Below are positions 18,663-28,940 of a stretch of 64,000 nt of DNA, one piece after another (the first letter of the stretch is position 1; each line of letters begins with the position of its first letter). The translations under genes and the position numbers were made by a program. The stretch covers positions 1-64,000 of IMG/VR virus record IMGVR_UViG_3300020414_000007. One strand, written 5' to 3'. The notes under the pieces are model-generated. The model did not search any database. It saw only the letters and a list, made by a program, of their open reading frames with translations, and had not been told where the DNA came from. This stretch comes from a virus (Duplodnaviria > Caudoviricetes).

Positions 18663-18835
18663 TCGGTGTAACACTAGCTTTTTTATTCGCCATTTCTATG
18701 TTTGTGCAGGGTTACCTGATCTTACATGGGAAGGGCGGATATCGTAATGTACATAAAGAGAAGGCAGAGTCTATAAATATGAGGAGAAGAGTAGAAAAAC
18801 TCCTAAAGGATAAGACACATGGCGACATGGAATAA
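18638..18835 (+). CDS. small membrane protein
   Basis: N-terminal TM segment. Confidence 0.55.
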   Translation: MATDHIEVIGVTLAFLFAISMFVQGYLILHGKGGYRNVHKEKAESINMRRRVEKLLKDKTHGDME

Positions 18836-19376
18836 ACAAATTGAAAACAGGAATTTCCTGTCCCCCATAGGGTTTAAGTTTATCTTGGCAAAGTATCCCA
18901 AGGTTGCTTACTTCTGCCAGTCTGCCAACATTCCTAGCATGAATATGAATGTCCCTGAGCAGTTGACTCCTTATAGACCACTGCCTATGGATGGTTTCAT
19001 ATCATATGATCCCCTTACCATATCATTCCTAGTGGATGAGGATCTAGAAAACTATTTGATCTTACACAACTGGTTGAGAGGACTTGGTGTCCCAGATACC
19101 ATGAGTGAAAGAAGCGATTTTTATAACACTGCACCTACTGCTGCAGCAAATGAGCCTGTAAGTCTCTTTGCTGATGGCACATTGTCTGTGCTCAACAGTA
19201 ATTTTAATATGAATTTCAACGTAGTCTTCAAGGACCTAATTCCTATGGGCTTGAATGCACTAGAATTTAATGCTAGTATAGATGGCACGGAGTATGCCAT
19301 GGCACAGGTATCATTTAGATACTCATCCTATGAGATACAAACTGCTGATGGTATCCGTAGGACCCAACTTGAATAA
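18819..19376 (+). CDS. g3: tail completion / sheath stabilizer
   Basis: NFLSPIGFKF, YFCQSANIP, FLVDEDLENY; late promoter TATAAATA at 18772. Confidence 0.9.
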   Translation: MATWNKQIENRNFLSPIGFKFILAKYPKVAYFCQSANIPSMNMNVPEQLTPYRPLPMDGFISYDPLTISFLVDEDLENYLILHNWLRGLGVPDTMSERSDFYNTAPTAAANEPVSLFADGTLSVLNSNFNMNFNVVFKDLIPMGLNALEFNASIDGTEYAMAQVSFRYSSYEIQTADGIRRTQLE

Positions 19377-19382
19377 CTTATA

Positions 19383-19817
19383 ATGAATCTTGATAAAGTC
19401 CAAGAAGAATGGCAGAAAGACAGTGAGTTGCACCGAGATCTGCCAGAGTTGCTTGCGAATGAAAGTTTAGAAACTTCCAGACTACACTCAAAATACATTG
19501 CATATTACAATCAGTTTCGCATGATGCTCACAGAGTGTGAGACAAAGTTGCATAAAATGAAACTGGAGAAGTGGCAATACTATTCTGGTAAGGCACCTGC
19601 CTCTGTGTATAAAGAAAAACCCTTTTCACTTAAAGTGATGAAGGGTGACATCGCAATGTACATCGATGCTGATGATGAATACTCAAGACAGCGTATGAAA
19701 TATCAATACCTTGAAACTTGTATAAATTCTGTTGAGAGGATTCTCAAGCAGATCGACAACCGAGGTTTTGCTATTAAGAATGCTTTTGATATCATCAAAT
19801 ACTATGGCGTTACATGA
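19383..19817 (+). CDS. uvsY: recombination mediator UvsY
   Basis: LHSKY, YYSGKA, RGFAIKNA; synteny with uvsW. Confidence 0.88.
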   Translation: MNLDKVQEEWQKDSELHRDLPELLANESLETSRLHSKYIAYYNQFRMMLTECETKLHKMKLEKWQYYSGKAPASVYKEKPFSLKVMKGDIAMYIDADDEYSRQRMKYQYLETCINSVERILKQIDNRGFAIKNAFDIIKYYGVT

Positions 19818-21277
19818 CGATTATCAGAAAGAAGAATGAAGTATACCTTAAAGTTGAGACAGAAGCACATATACACAAAGAATTAGCAGAGCATTTTTGC
19901 TTTGAAGTCCCTCAAGCAAAATTCATGCCCGTCTATAGAAAGAGGGTATGGGATGGAAAGATCCGCCTGTATTCGCCTGGCACAGGTGAGATCTATGTTG
20001 GACTCTTTGATTATGTCTGCGAGTGGTTAGACAGCAAAGGGTATCCCTACATGATCGGGGACAGTAAACATTATGGATCACCCAAGGATACTGAAGATTA
20101 TGTCACCCCTCTTGTCTGCAAGGATTTTACTAGATCTCTGGGTTTGCCTTTCAAGGTCAGAGATTACCAACTCAAAGCAATATTCGAGGCACTTAAATAC
20201 CGCCGCAAACTATTACTATCCCCCACGGGATCTGGAAAGTCGTTAATCATATATGCTCTGACGCGATGGCACGTCAATCTTGGTAGGGAAGTATTGATAA
20301 TCGTCCCTACTACCTCTCTGGTTAGTCAGTTGGTCCAAGACTTCACTGACTATGGATGGAATGCGTCTCATCACGTCCATCAGATCATGAGTGGTAGAGA
20401 GAAGTATGTTGATAAGTCTGTTGTTATCTCTACATGGCAGTCTATCTACAAAGAGCCGAAGAGATTCTTTGAAAGGTTTGATGTTGTTATCGGAGATGAA
20501 GCGCATCTATACAAGGCGAAGAGTCTAACAGGAATACTTAATAAGTGTCATGATACAAAATACCGCGTGGGTCTGACAGGGACACTTGATGGACTTCACA
20601 CGCACCAGTTGGTGCTAGAAGGATTGTTTGGTAGGTGTGATCGTGTTACGCAAACTATTGACCTAATGAAGAAAGGTCAATTAACACCATTGAAGGTGAA
20701 TGTCTTGCTATTAAAGCATGGGTATGTGCCTTTTGACAACTATCAGCAAGAGATGGATTACATTGTATCGCATACGAGGAGAAATAATTTCATCTGTAAT
20801 CTTGCTAAGGATCTGAAAGGTAATACACTCATCCTATTCAACTATATCGAGAAGCACGGTGACCCACTTTGGGACTTGCTAAATAGTAAAATAGAGAAGG
20901 GTCGCAAGATCTTTTTCATCCATGGCGGAGTTGACGCTGTGGAACGTGAAGAAGCGAGACAGATTTGTGAGGGAGAAAAAGATGCAATCATCCTTGCGTC
21001 TTACGGAACATTCTCCACTGGTATTAATATCAGAAACCTACACAATGTAATCTTCGCTTCTCCTTCCAAATCTAGAGTCCGTAACTTACAGTCTATTGGT
21101 CGTGTCTTGCGGAAGGGAGAAAACAAAGCACAAGCGGTGTTGTATGACATTGCCGACGATTGCTCCCGAAATGGTAGACACAATTATACTCTACGTCATT
21201 TAGTTGAAAGGATGAAAATCTATGACGAAGAGAAATTTAATTATGATGTAACTAAGGTAAAGATCACTAATGATTAA
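19814..21277 (+). CDS. uvsW: SF2 helicase UvsW
   Basis: WDGKIRL, SPTGSGKS, DEAH, LQSIGRVLR. Confidence 0.95.
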   Translation: MTIIRKKNEVYLKVETEAHIHKELAEHFCFEVPQAKFMPVYRKRVWDGKIRLYSPGTGEIYVGLFDYVCEWLDSKGYPYMIGDSKHYGSPKDTEDYVTPLVCKDFTRSLGLPFKVRDYQLKAIFEALKYRRKLLLSPTGSGKSLIIYALTRWHVNLGREVLIIVPTTSLVSQLVQDFTDYGWNASHHVHQIMSGREKYVDKSVVISTWQSIYKEPKRFFERFDVVIGDEAHLYKAKSLTGILNKCHDTKYRVGLTGTLDGLHTHQLVLEGLFGRCDRVTQTIDLMKKGQLTPLKVNVLLLKHGYVPFDNYQQEMDYIVSHTRRNNFICNLAKDLKGNTLILFNYIEKHGDPLWDLLNSKIEKGRKIFFIHGGVDAVEREEARQICEGEKDAIILASYGTFSTGINIRNLHNVIFASPSKSRVRNLQSIGRVLRKGENKAQAVLYDIADDCSRNGRHNYTLRHLVERMKIYDEEKFNYDVTKVKITND

Positions 21278-21713
21278 TTACATTCAACATGACGCTGAAT
21301 TCTACGGCATCATCAAACTTGTGTCAGGAGAAGAAATCCTTGGCACGATGATCGGTACCGAGGAAGATGGTCAGACAATTATCTTTGTATCAAATCCAGC
21401 AGCACCTAATCACCATACAGTCCATAAAGAGAGTGGAGAGGTAGGTGTCGCTGTGGGATTAATTAAATGGATGATGTGGTCAGATGAATCATTCTTTATT
21501 ATAAACGAAGCAGACATCATGACTATTGCTCCTATGTCTAGGGAAGCAATGATCATGTATAAGATGTGGGTAAGAAAAGAATATGGCTCAATCGAAGATG
21601 ACGAGTTTGAAATAGGTATTAATAAAAATATGGGACTCGTCGGTAAAGTAGCAGAAGCTCGTAAAAGACTAGAAAGGATTTTCAAAACTCAAAGTTACGA
21701 TCCTAACGCTTAG
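21270..21713 (+). CDS. conserved cyanophage hypothetical protein (Sm-like)
   Basis: IKLVSGEEI; position between uvsW and g55. Confidence 0.75.
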   Translation: MINYIQHDAEFYGIIKLVSGEEILGTMIGTEEDGQTIIFVSNPAAPNHHTVHKESGEVGVAVGLIKWMMWSDESFFIINEADIMTIAPMSREAMIMYKMWVRKEYGSIEDDEFEIGINKNMGLVGKVAEARKRLERIFKTQSYDPNA

Positions 21714-21727
21714 TACTAAGAGCCCTC

Positions 21728-21809
21728 TTGCAACCCTTGACATGGTTGAGTATAATTATAATTAACAGCGTTGTCAACACTTGACGAATAATTGTTATTG
21801 GAGTAACAT
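21728..21809 (+). promoter_or_regulatory. two tandem sigma70 promoters for g55
   Basis: TTGCAA-17-TATAAT (21728) and TTGACG-17-TAACAT (21781). Confidence 0.7.
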
Positions 21810-21835
21810 ATTCACATGTGAGACCGCTTCACACA

Positions 21836-22315
21836 ATGCAAGTATTAATGCCTCCTAAGAAAAAACAGCACTACGTTGACAATAAAAAGTTTCTTGCTGA
21901 ACTGATCAAGTATCGTCAGGAGGTTGAAGTCGCTCGTATGCGTGACAAACCAAAACCTAGGATAAGTAATTACATTGGAGAATGCTTTCTAAAGATTGCT
22001 ACCCATTTGTCTTATCGCCCCAACTTTATTAACTACATGTATAAAGAAGACATGATTGGGGATGGTATTGAAAATTGCGTCCAGTATATTGATAACTTTG
22101 ACCCTAATAAATCCAAGAATCCTTTCGCTTATTTCACTCAGATTGTCTTCTACGCATATCTGAGACGTATCGCTAAAGAAAAACGACAACTGGATATTAA
22201 AGAAAAACTAATCGAGAAGAAAGGATACGATGAAGTCTTCCATTCTGATTCTAATGACAATCATTCTGATATGAATTCTATTAAGAATAGAGTAGAAACT
22301 AATATGCGTAATTAA
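21836..22315 (+). CDS. g55: late sigma factor
   Basis: HYVDNKKF, NFINYMY, KNPFAYFTQI. Confidence 0.95.
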   Translation: MQVLMPPKKKQHYVDNKKFLAELIKYRQEVEVARMRDKPKPRISNYIGECFLKIATHLSYRPNFINYMYKEDMIGDGIENCVQYIDNFDPNKSKNPFAYFTQIVFYAYLRRIAKEKRQLDIKEKLIEKKGYDEVFHSDSNDNHSDMNSIKNRVETNMRN

Positions 22316-22316
22316 T

Positions 22317-22913
22317 ATGATTGATCTGTTTGCTATTCCTGTCCACAAGGGCAGGGTGATTCCTACTGAGGAAGAAAAGAAAGGGACTGACGAGTTGCTA
22401 GAGGAGATCTGGAGCACTGTTAGTCCTGGCACTTGGGGTGGAGAGACAGGTCTTTCTTCAGGTGAGATTAGTCTCATGCTTCAAAAAGATACTCGCCTTG
22501 AGTGGATGCTTAAACCTATGTGGGAAGCGGCAAAGATGTATTGGGATCACCTAGGGTATGTCCCTGACTCTCGTATCATTGCTGAGTCTTGTTGGGTTAA
22601 TCTGCATAGGAAAGGTGATATGACTAAGGAGCACTCTCATAATGGTGGTGCCGCAGGTGTGCATATTGCATCAGTTTATTACTACAAGAAGAATAAAGAT
22701 AATTCTGATCTAGAATTTGTAGATCCTCTGGATTATATCAAACGTATGACGCCTATCGGTGGCAAGATGGATGACCAGTTGTTGGGAAAGACTGTCCCCA
22801 CTGATCAGTATGACTTCTTGATGTTTCCATCGTGGGTCCGTCATAGGGTCTCGCCAAATCCTGTAGATGATGCTAGAATTGCGATAAGTGTTAATTGGGT
22901 CGGTGGCATATGA
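22317..22913 (+). CDS. 2OG-Fe(II) oxygenase
   Basis: CWVN..HSH, SVYY, FPSWVRHRV, RIAISVN. Confidence 0.85.
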   Translation: MIDLFAIPVHKGRVIPTEEEKKGTDELLEEIWSTVSPGTWGGETGLSSGEISLMLQKDTRLEWMLKPMWEAAKMYWDHLGYVPDSRIIAESCWVNLHRKGDMTKEHSHNGGAAGVHIASVYYYKKNKDNSDLEFVDPLDYIKRMTPIGGKMDDQLLGKTVPTDQYDFLMFPSWVRHRVSPNPVDDARIAISVNWVGGI

Positions 22914-23938
22914 GTAAGGTCCTTCTTATTACGGATCAGCATTTTGGTGTCAGGAATGACAACCAAGTCTTCATTGACAAGTATCGTGAATTCTATTCCA
23001 ATGTTGTCCTACCTACGATTGATCGTCAAGGAATTACGGAAGTAGTTTGCCTTGGTGATACTTTTGATCGTAGAAAAGGAATCAACTTTGCATCGCTAGA
23101 GGCAGCAAAGGAGATGTGGTTTACACCACTAGCAGATCGTGGAGTGATGTTAACCATGCTTGTAGGCAACCATGACATCTATTACAAGAATACTCTTCGG
23201 GTCAATGCCCCAGAGTTACTATTGGGAGAATACACCAACATCCGTATCATCTCTGAACCTACTGAGTCTCGTATTGGTGGTATCGATATTCTTCTTCTTC
23301 CTTGGATTTGTGACGACAATCGCACAGAGTCAAATAGATGCATCCAAGACAGTAATAGTGATGTCTGCTTTGGCCATCTTGAGCTTAACGGGTTTGAAAC
23401 TATACCTGGTTATTACATGGAGCACGGTGACGACCCAGATGTATTGTCCAAGTTTAAGTTGGTGTGCTCGGGACATTTTCACATGAAGAGTAAGCGTAAG
23501 AATGTCCAGTATCTCGGTAATCCCTACCAATTATACTGGAATGATTACGGTCAGAAAAGAGGGTTTCACATCCTAAATACAGATACTCTCAATCTTAAAT
23601 TTTATAAGAATCCATACGACATCTTCCACAAAGTTTATTACAACGATGAGTTTGATGCTAAAAACGTGCCCAATCTTGAGGGTAGTTACGTCAAACTGGT
23701 AGTTGAAAACAAGTCTGACATTGTAAAATTTGATCAGACTGTCCGACAACTCCAAGGGTCTAAACTTGCAGACCTGAAGATCATTGAAGATCTCTCTGTA
23801 GATCTTGATGATGTCAAAGAAGATGTTGAGATTGAGGACACTCTCAGTATACTTGAGAAGTGTGTTGAAGAATTTGATAACAAGGATGATATCTTCGGTA
23901 TACTCAAGTCACTTTATTTGGAAGCGTTGGAGGTCTAA
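22910..23938 (+). CDS. g47: recombination endonuclease subunit (Mre11-like)
   Basis: TDQHFG, LGDTFD, GNHD, SGHFH. Confidence 0.95.
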   Translation: MSKVLLITDQHFGVRNDNQVFIDKYREFYSNVVLPTIDRQGITEVVCLGDTFDRRKGINFASLEAAKEMWFTPLADRGVMLTMLVGNHDIYYKNTLRVNAPELLLGEYTNIRIISEPTESRIGGIDILLLPWICDDNRTESNRCIQDSNSDVCFGHLELNGFETIPGYYMEHGDDPDVLSKFKLVCSGHFHMKSKRKNVQYLGNPYQLYWNDYGQKRGFHILNTDTLNLKFYKNPYDIFHKVYYNDEFDAKNVPNLEGSYVKLVVENKSDIVKFDQTVRQLQGSKLADLKIIEDLSVDLDDVKEDVEIEDTLSILEKCVEEFDNKDDIFGILKSLYLEALEV

Positions 23939-23940
23939 CA

Positions 23941-24195
23941 TTGTTTGTCTTAATCGATAAGGGAAGCGGCGGAGTATACGCCGTAAAAGATGAAGATAAC
24001 CTTGAGCGTGTAGTCCAAATGTTTGTTGACAAAGACGACGCAGACAGGTATTATGGATTGCTTGTAGCAAACGATTATGAGCGAGAGTTGGAAGTGATGG
24101 AAGTCGATGAAGAGACCGTCAAGTTTAACTGTCGTGGACATGGATACAGATTCTCTGTAATCACCCCTGATGATATTGTAATTCCCCCTGTATAA
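23941..24195 (+). CDS. hypothetical protein
   Basis: TTG start with SD GGAGGT; lies between g47 and g46. Confidence 0.7.
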   Translation: MFVLIDKGSGGVYAVKDEDNLERVVQMFVDKDDADRYYGLLVANDYERELEVMEVDEETVKFNCRGHGYRFSVITPDDIVIPPV

Positions 24196-25910
24196 TGATT
24201 GTATTTGAAAAGATTCGCTGGAAAAACTTTCTCTCCACAGGTAATCACTTTACCGAGATTGATTTTCTAGAATCTACTGGTAATTTAATACTCGGTTGCA
24301 ATGGCGCAGGGAAGTCTACTATGCTAGACGCCCTGTGTTTTACTTTGTTTAATAAACCATTTCGTAAAATTATCAAAGCACAGTTGGTTAATAGCATCAA
24401 CGAAAAGGAGATGCGTGCTGAGGTAGAATTTAAGATTGGATCTGTATCATATAAGGTAATCCGTGGCATGAAACCTGCCATCTTTGAGATTCATCGTAAC
24501 GGTAGTCTTCTTGATCAGGATGCTGCTAACAAAGACTATCAAAAATATCTTGAGCAAAGCATTCTCAAGTTTAATTACAAGTCATTTACTCAGGTTGTGA
24601 TCCTTGGTAGCAGCACCTTTGTGCCTTTCATGAAGTTGAATGCACCTAATCGACGTGAGGTCATTGAAGATATCCTAGATATCCAGATCTTCAGTAGAAT
24701 GAATGTCTTGCTGAAGGATCGCTCTAAAGATATCAGAGACGAGATGAAGGTGTGTGCACATGAGGTAACTCTTGCTGAGCAGAAGGTAGAATTGCAACGT
24801 AAATCTATCGGAAATCTGGAGAAAATGAATGCAGATTACCTTGAGAAGTTGCAGGATCGCTTCACTCAAAACGAGAAGAGGTATAATGAAAACACTCAAC
24901 GTATCTCTGCACACGAAAGTAGCATTGCTGAGTTAAAAACTAGCATTGTAGGTCTACCTGATCTAGAAAAGAAGCATGATAGTCTCCGTGACATGCGTGT
25001 GAAGATCGAGCAGAATCTTAAGAAAGCAAAGAAAGACTATAACTTCTATTCTAAGCATGACAAATGCCCAACATGTGATCAAAACCTAGAAAAAGAGCAT
25101 AAGACCAAGCATCTGGCAGAGGCAGCACAAAGGGAAGAGAAACTGAGTAAAGGATTTAGTGATATCACTACCACAGTCAACGATATTTTCACTCAGATTA
25201 AGGAATATCAGGGTGTGCAGGAGGAAATCACTACCTTGCAACATGAAATCACAAGTTATGGCAAGGAAAATAGTAAGATCCTGAAGGAAAATGAAAAAAT
25301 TCTTAAGGATTGCAACAAAGAAACACCTGATTTAGATGTTGAAAAGAAAACTCTTGTTGATTTTGAGACAACCCTCTCGGAGACAGAGAAAAGGTGTGCT
25401 GGAGTGAGAGATCAGGAGAATAATCTCAAGATTGTATCCAATTTACTCAAGGATGGAGGGGTAAAAAGCAAGATTATCAGCAAATTTATCCCTATCATCA
25501 ACCAGAAGATTAATAAATACTTAGCACAAATGGATTTCTACGTCGATTTCACACTCGACGAGGAATTTAATGAGGTTATTAGATCCAGATACCGTGATGT
25601 GTTTAGTTACTCATCATTTTCTGAAGGCGAGAAGCAAAAGATTGACTTGGCACTCCTCTTTACATGGAGAGAGATCGCCAAACTTAAAAACTCTGCTTCC
25701 ACCAATCTTCTAATCTTGGATGAAGTGTTTGATTCAAGTCTAGATGGTCAATCAACCGACGAATTGCTTAAGATTCTCAAGTTGATGGACTCAACACAAG
25801 TATTTGTTATCTCGCATAAGGGTGAGATCTTGGAAGATAAGTTTCCAAGGACTATTAGGTTTGAAAAAGTTAACGATTTTAGTAAAATTAAGGAGACTGT
25901 CGATGAATGA
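24195..25910 (+). CDS. g46: recombination ATPase subunit (Rad50-like)
   Basis: NGAGKST, CPTC zinc hook, FSEGEK, LILDEVFD. Confidence 0.96.
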   Translation: MIVFEKIRWKNFLSTGNHFTEIDFLESTGNLILGCNGAGKSTMLDALCFTLFNKPFRKIIKAQLVNSINEKEMRAEVEFKIGSVSYKVIRGMKPAIFEIHRNGSLLDQDAANKDYQKYLEQSILKFNYKSFTQVVILGSSTFVPFMKLNAPNRREVIEDILDIQIFSRMNVLLKDRSKDIRDEMKVCAHEVTLAEQKVELQRKSIGNLEKMNADYLEKLQDRFTQNEKRYNENTQRISAHESSIAELKTSIVGLPDLEKKHDSLRDMRVKIEQNLKKAKKDYNFYSKHDKCPTCDQNLEKEHKTKHLAEAAQREEKLSKGFSDITTTVNDIFTQIKEYQGVQEEITTLQHEITSYGKENSKILKENEKILKDCNKETPDLDVEKKTLVDFETTLSETEKRCAGVRDQENNLKIVSNLLKDGGVKSKIISKFIPIINQKINKYLAQMDFYVDFTLDEEFNEVIRSRYRDVFSYSSFSEGEKQKIDLALLFTWREIAKLKNSASTNLLILDEVFDSSLDGQSTDELLKILKLMDSTQVFVISHKGEILEDKFPRTIRFEKVNDFSKIKETVDE

Positions 25911-26079
25911 GCCCAAAATTGACATTGGGTACTATGATACAAAGATCCTTTACGAAGGATGTATGATGTATGCCAAAACAGCCCCCACTAGAGAAGAAGC
26001 AGACTATGCTATGCTTCTTGCCAAGCAATTCTATGACATCATAGAATACGAAAAGACCCACGGTAACGTTGACGCTTGA
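25903..26079 (+). CDS. hypothetical protein
   Basis: SD AAGGAG; overlaps the end of g46. Confidence 0.55.
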   Translation: MNEPKIDIGYYDTKILYEGCMMYAKTAPTREEADYAMLLAKQFYDIIEYEKTHGNVDA

Positions 26080-26159
26080 TCCAATTTAATAAGTGGCACA
26101 CATTCCCTTCCCTTTCCATAGGGGAGGGTTTATAGTATGCATATACAAACGCAAAACAC

Positions 26160-28298
26160 ATGACCGCTAACCTCGAAGTCAAAGGCACACTTGCAAAACT
26201 CCTCGCAACTGAGGATCTGATTGTGGAGCACAAGACTTGTGAGACGGCATCTTTCGACGTAGATCGTCGTGTGCTGACTCTACCTATCTGGGACGTGCCA
26301 GACATTGTTTACAACCTACTCGTAGGACACGAGGTAGGACATGCTCTATATACTCCCAACGAAGACTGGACTGAATCATTCAAGTCCGTGCCCAAATCAT
26401 ATGTGAATGTCGTTGAAGACGCTCGCATTGAGAAATGCATGAAGCAGAAGTTTCCAGGTCTTCGCAAAGATTTCACTGGTGGTTACTCTCTTCTTAATGA
26501 GCAGGACTTCTTCCAAGTCCGTAACGTTGAGTTGGAGCAACTCAAGTTGATCGATCGTATCAATCTTCACTTCAAGATTGGTGCATATGCCTTGATGCCT
26601 TTCAATGCTACTGAGCAGCAGTATGTTGATAAGGTTGACAACATCGAAACCTTTGAAGATGCTATCGAAGTTGCTCGTGAGATCTATGAGTATGCCAAAG
26701 CAGAGGCAGAAAAAGAGAAGATCGATACTGTAGAAGACGGTAACGAGGACGGTGGCACTGGTAGTGACGGTGACGGTGAAGGACGTGAGTGGTTTACTGA
26801 CACAGATCCTAACGGTCAACCTGATAAGTCACCAAACGATCCTGATCTTGATACTCCTTCTTATGAAGAAGGCGATCAGGAAGAAGGCACTGATGCAGAA
26901 TACCCAGAGTATCAGCAGGACATCGATGTTGCAGATACAGACAAAGCACTTGCTGAGTCTCTAGAGCAACGCACTCAAAAAGAAGATAACTACGGAAACA
27001 CCACTAAGTATCTTGAGATCCCAGACTTTCCTATCAAGGAAATCATCGTGCCTGCTGAGAAAGTATGGGGTATGTTTGATGACTTCTACAAGCAAGAGTG
27101 CTTCACAAACCAAGAGCACATGAATCCTTCTCTTCGTCTTCTCCAAGACTACAAGGTAAGGTATCAAGAGTGGAAGAAAAATGCTTCTCGTGAGGTTGCA
27201 TATCTTTCTAAAGAGTTTGAGATGAAAAAGTCTGCATCTGCATACGCTCGTGAGCAGGTGTCTCGCACTGGTGTGATTGACACTAACAAACTCAACTCTT
27301 ATCTTTGGAATGATGACATCTTCAGGAAGGTAACTACCACTAAGGATGGTAAGAATCATGGTTTGATCTTCCTTCTTGACTGGTCTGGATCTATGGCAGA
27401 TCAAATTCTTGATACTGTCAAGCAACTTATCAGTCTTTGCTCCTTCTGCCGTAAGTCAAACATTCCTTTCGCAGTATATGCATTCGTATGTGATGGTCAT
27501 TACATGCGTGAAGAAGAGTATGATAAGGTTGAGGGTCAGTATTACATCCCTAACCACTTTGCTCTCCCTTGCTACCTACATAGTGAGATGAATACGCAGA
27601 AGTTTGAAGATGCTTGTGCTAAACTCTTCGCTGTAACTACTGCATTCAATGACCGTCGCTCATGGGATGCTAACTTGAATGTCCCTAGTCACCTCGGTCT
27701 TGGTGGCACACCACTGAATGATGCTATTGCTTGTCTTCAGTCTCTGATTCCATTCTTCAAGAATAAGCACAACGTTGAGAAGGTGCACGTCAGTATTCTT
27801 ACTGATGGTGAGTCAAATGCAGGTGCAGTCAATCAGAAGTCAACTCTTTCTGATGATGACTACATGTATAAGTCTGCTCTTGGTTATGGTTATCGCATCC
27901 GTGATCGTAAGAATGGTCGCATTTATAAAAAAATGGAAGATAACTATAGCGGAGTTACTACTCGTCTGCTAGAATATATCAAGGGTCGCTTCCCTGAGGT
28001 AAACTTCCTTGGTTTCCGTATCATCACCACTCGTGATCTCAACTGGATTCTTGGTCATGGCGGTGAGGCAAACAAAATGCGTCAACTCTGGAAAAAAGAG
28101 AAAGCATTGACTATGCCTAACCATCGTGGTTACCAAGAATTGTATTACATTAATGACAATTCTGTAGGTGTTGAGGTAGAATTTGATGTAGCGGAAGACG
28201 CAACCAAGGCACAGATCAAGTCTGCCTTCAAAAAGTCCCTTAAGAATAAGGCAAACAACAAGCGTATTCTCTCATCCTTTATCGCACAAATTGCATGA
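26160..28298 (+). CDS. CobT-like protein: HExxH domain + acidic linker + vWA domain
   Basis: HEVGH, EDARIE, MIDAS DWSGS...GGTP...TDGE. Confidence 0.85.
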   Translation: MTANLEVKGTLAKLLATEDLIVEHKTCETASFDVDRRVLTLPIWDVPDIVYNLLVGHEVGHALYTPNEDWTESFKSVPKSYVNVVEDARIEKCMKQKFPGLRKDFTGGYSLLNEQDFFQVRNVELEQLKLIDRINLHFKIGAYALMPFNATEQQYVDKVDNIETFEDAIEVAREIYEYAKAEAEKEKIDTVEDGNEDGGTGSDGDGEGREWFTDTDPNGQPDKSPNDPDLDTPSYEEGDQEEGTDAEYPEYQQDIDVADTDKALAESLEQRTQKEDNYGNTTKYLEIPDFPIKEIIVPAEKVWGMFDDFYKQECFTNQEHMNPSLRLLQDYKVRYQEWKKNASREVAYLSKEFEMKKSASAYAREQVSRTGVIDTNKLNSYLWNDDIFRKVTTTKDGKNHGLIFLLDWSGSMADQILDTVKQLISLCSFCRKSNIPFAVYAFVCDGHYMREEEYDKVEGQYYIPNHFALPCYLHSEMNTQKFEDACAKLFAVTTAFNDRRSWDANLNVPSHLGLGGTPLNDAIACLQSLIPFFKNKHNVEKVHVSILTDGESNAGAVNQKSTLSDDDYMYKSALGYGYRIRDRKNGRIYKKMEDNYSGVTTRLLEYIKGRFPEVNFLGFRIITTRDLNWILGHGGEANKMRQLWKKEKALTMPNHRGYQELYYINDNSVGVEVEFDVAEDATKAQIKSAFKKSLKNKANNKRILSSFIAQIA

Positions 28299-28374
28299 GT
28301 AACATTGCACTGGAGGTCATTTTCTGGACCTCCTTAACTGTCTATCTCCTTGCTAAACTAGGAGTCTTTAAGAA

Positions 28375-28914
28375 GTGAATATCTTTGCAGTAGATGAAGA
28401 TCCAAGTCTGGCAGCATACCAGTTGCCAGACAAACATATTGTCAAGATGCCACTAGAGTGTTGCCAAATGATCTCTATTGTTTATAGTGATTGGTATCAC
28501 CGATACGGTCCTGTCTTTAACAAAGATGGTAGACCATACAATACTAAGAAGGGTGCCTTCCGTAATCATCCATGCACGAAATGGGTCGCTGAGTCTGACC
28601 ATAATCTTGCATGGATGTTTCAACATGCATTTGCATTGTGTGAGGAATATACTTTCCGATATGACAAAGTGCATTCCTGTGAGCGCTCCCTACGCTTAGC
28701 GGCGCTTCTAGCACCCACAGAGGGGTGTCCTGACGATCACACACCATTTGCTCGTGCTATGCCTGACGTGTATAAATATGATACGTCTATAGATACTGTT
28801 ACTGCATATCAAAGGTATGTGGCAAGCAAACCATGGGTCAACGATAACTACCTGCGTGTGCCAGATAGAAAACCGTCATGGGTTGCGTTGCACACCCCCT
28901 CTGCGTGTGTATAA
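28375..28914 (+). CDS. pyrimidine-dimer DNA glycosylase-like protein
   Basis: MNIF...DKHIVKMPLECCQM, NHPCTKW, EYTFRY.K.H. Confidence 0.75.
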   Translation: MNIFAVDEDPSLAAYQLPDKHIVKMPLECCQMISIVYSDWYHRYGPVFNKDGRPYNTKKGAFRNHPCTKWVAESDHNLAWMFQHAFALCEEYTFRYDKVHSCERSLRLAALLAPTEGCPDDHTPFARAMPDVYKYDTSIDTVTAYQRYVASKPWVNDNYLRVPDRKPSWVALHTPSACV

Positions 28915-28940
28915 TACATGTATACACAACAAAGAAACAC

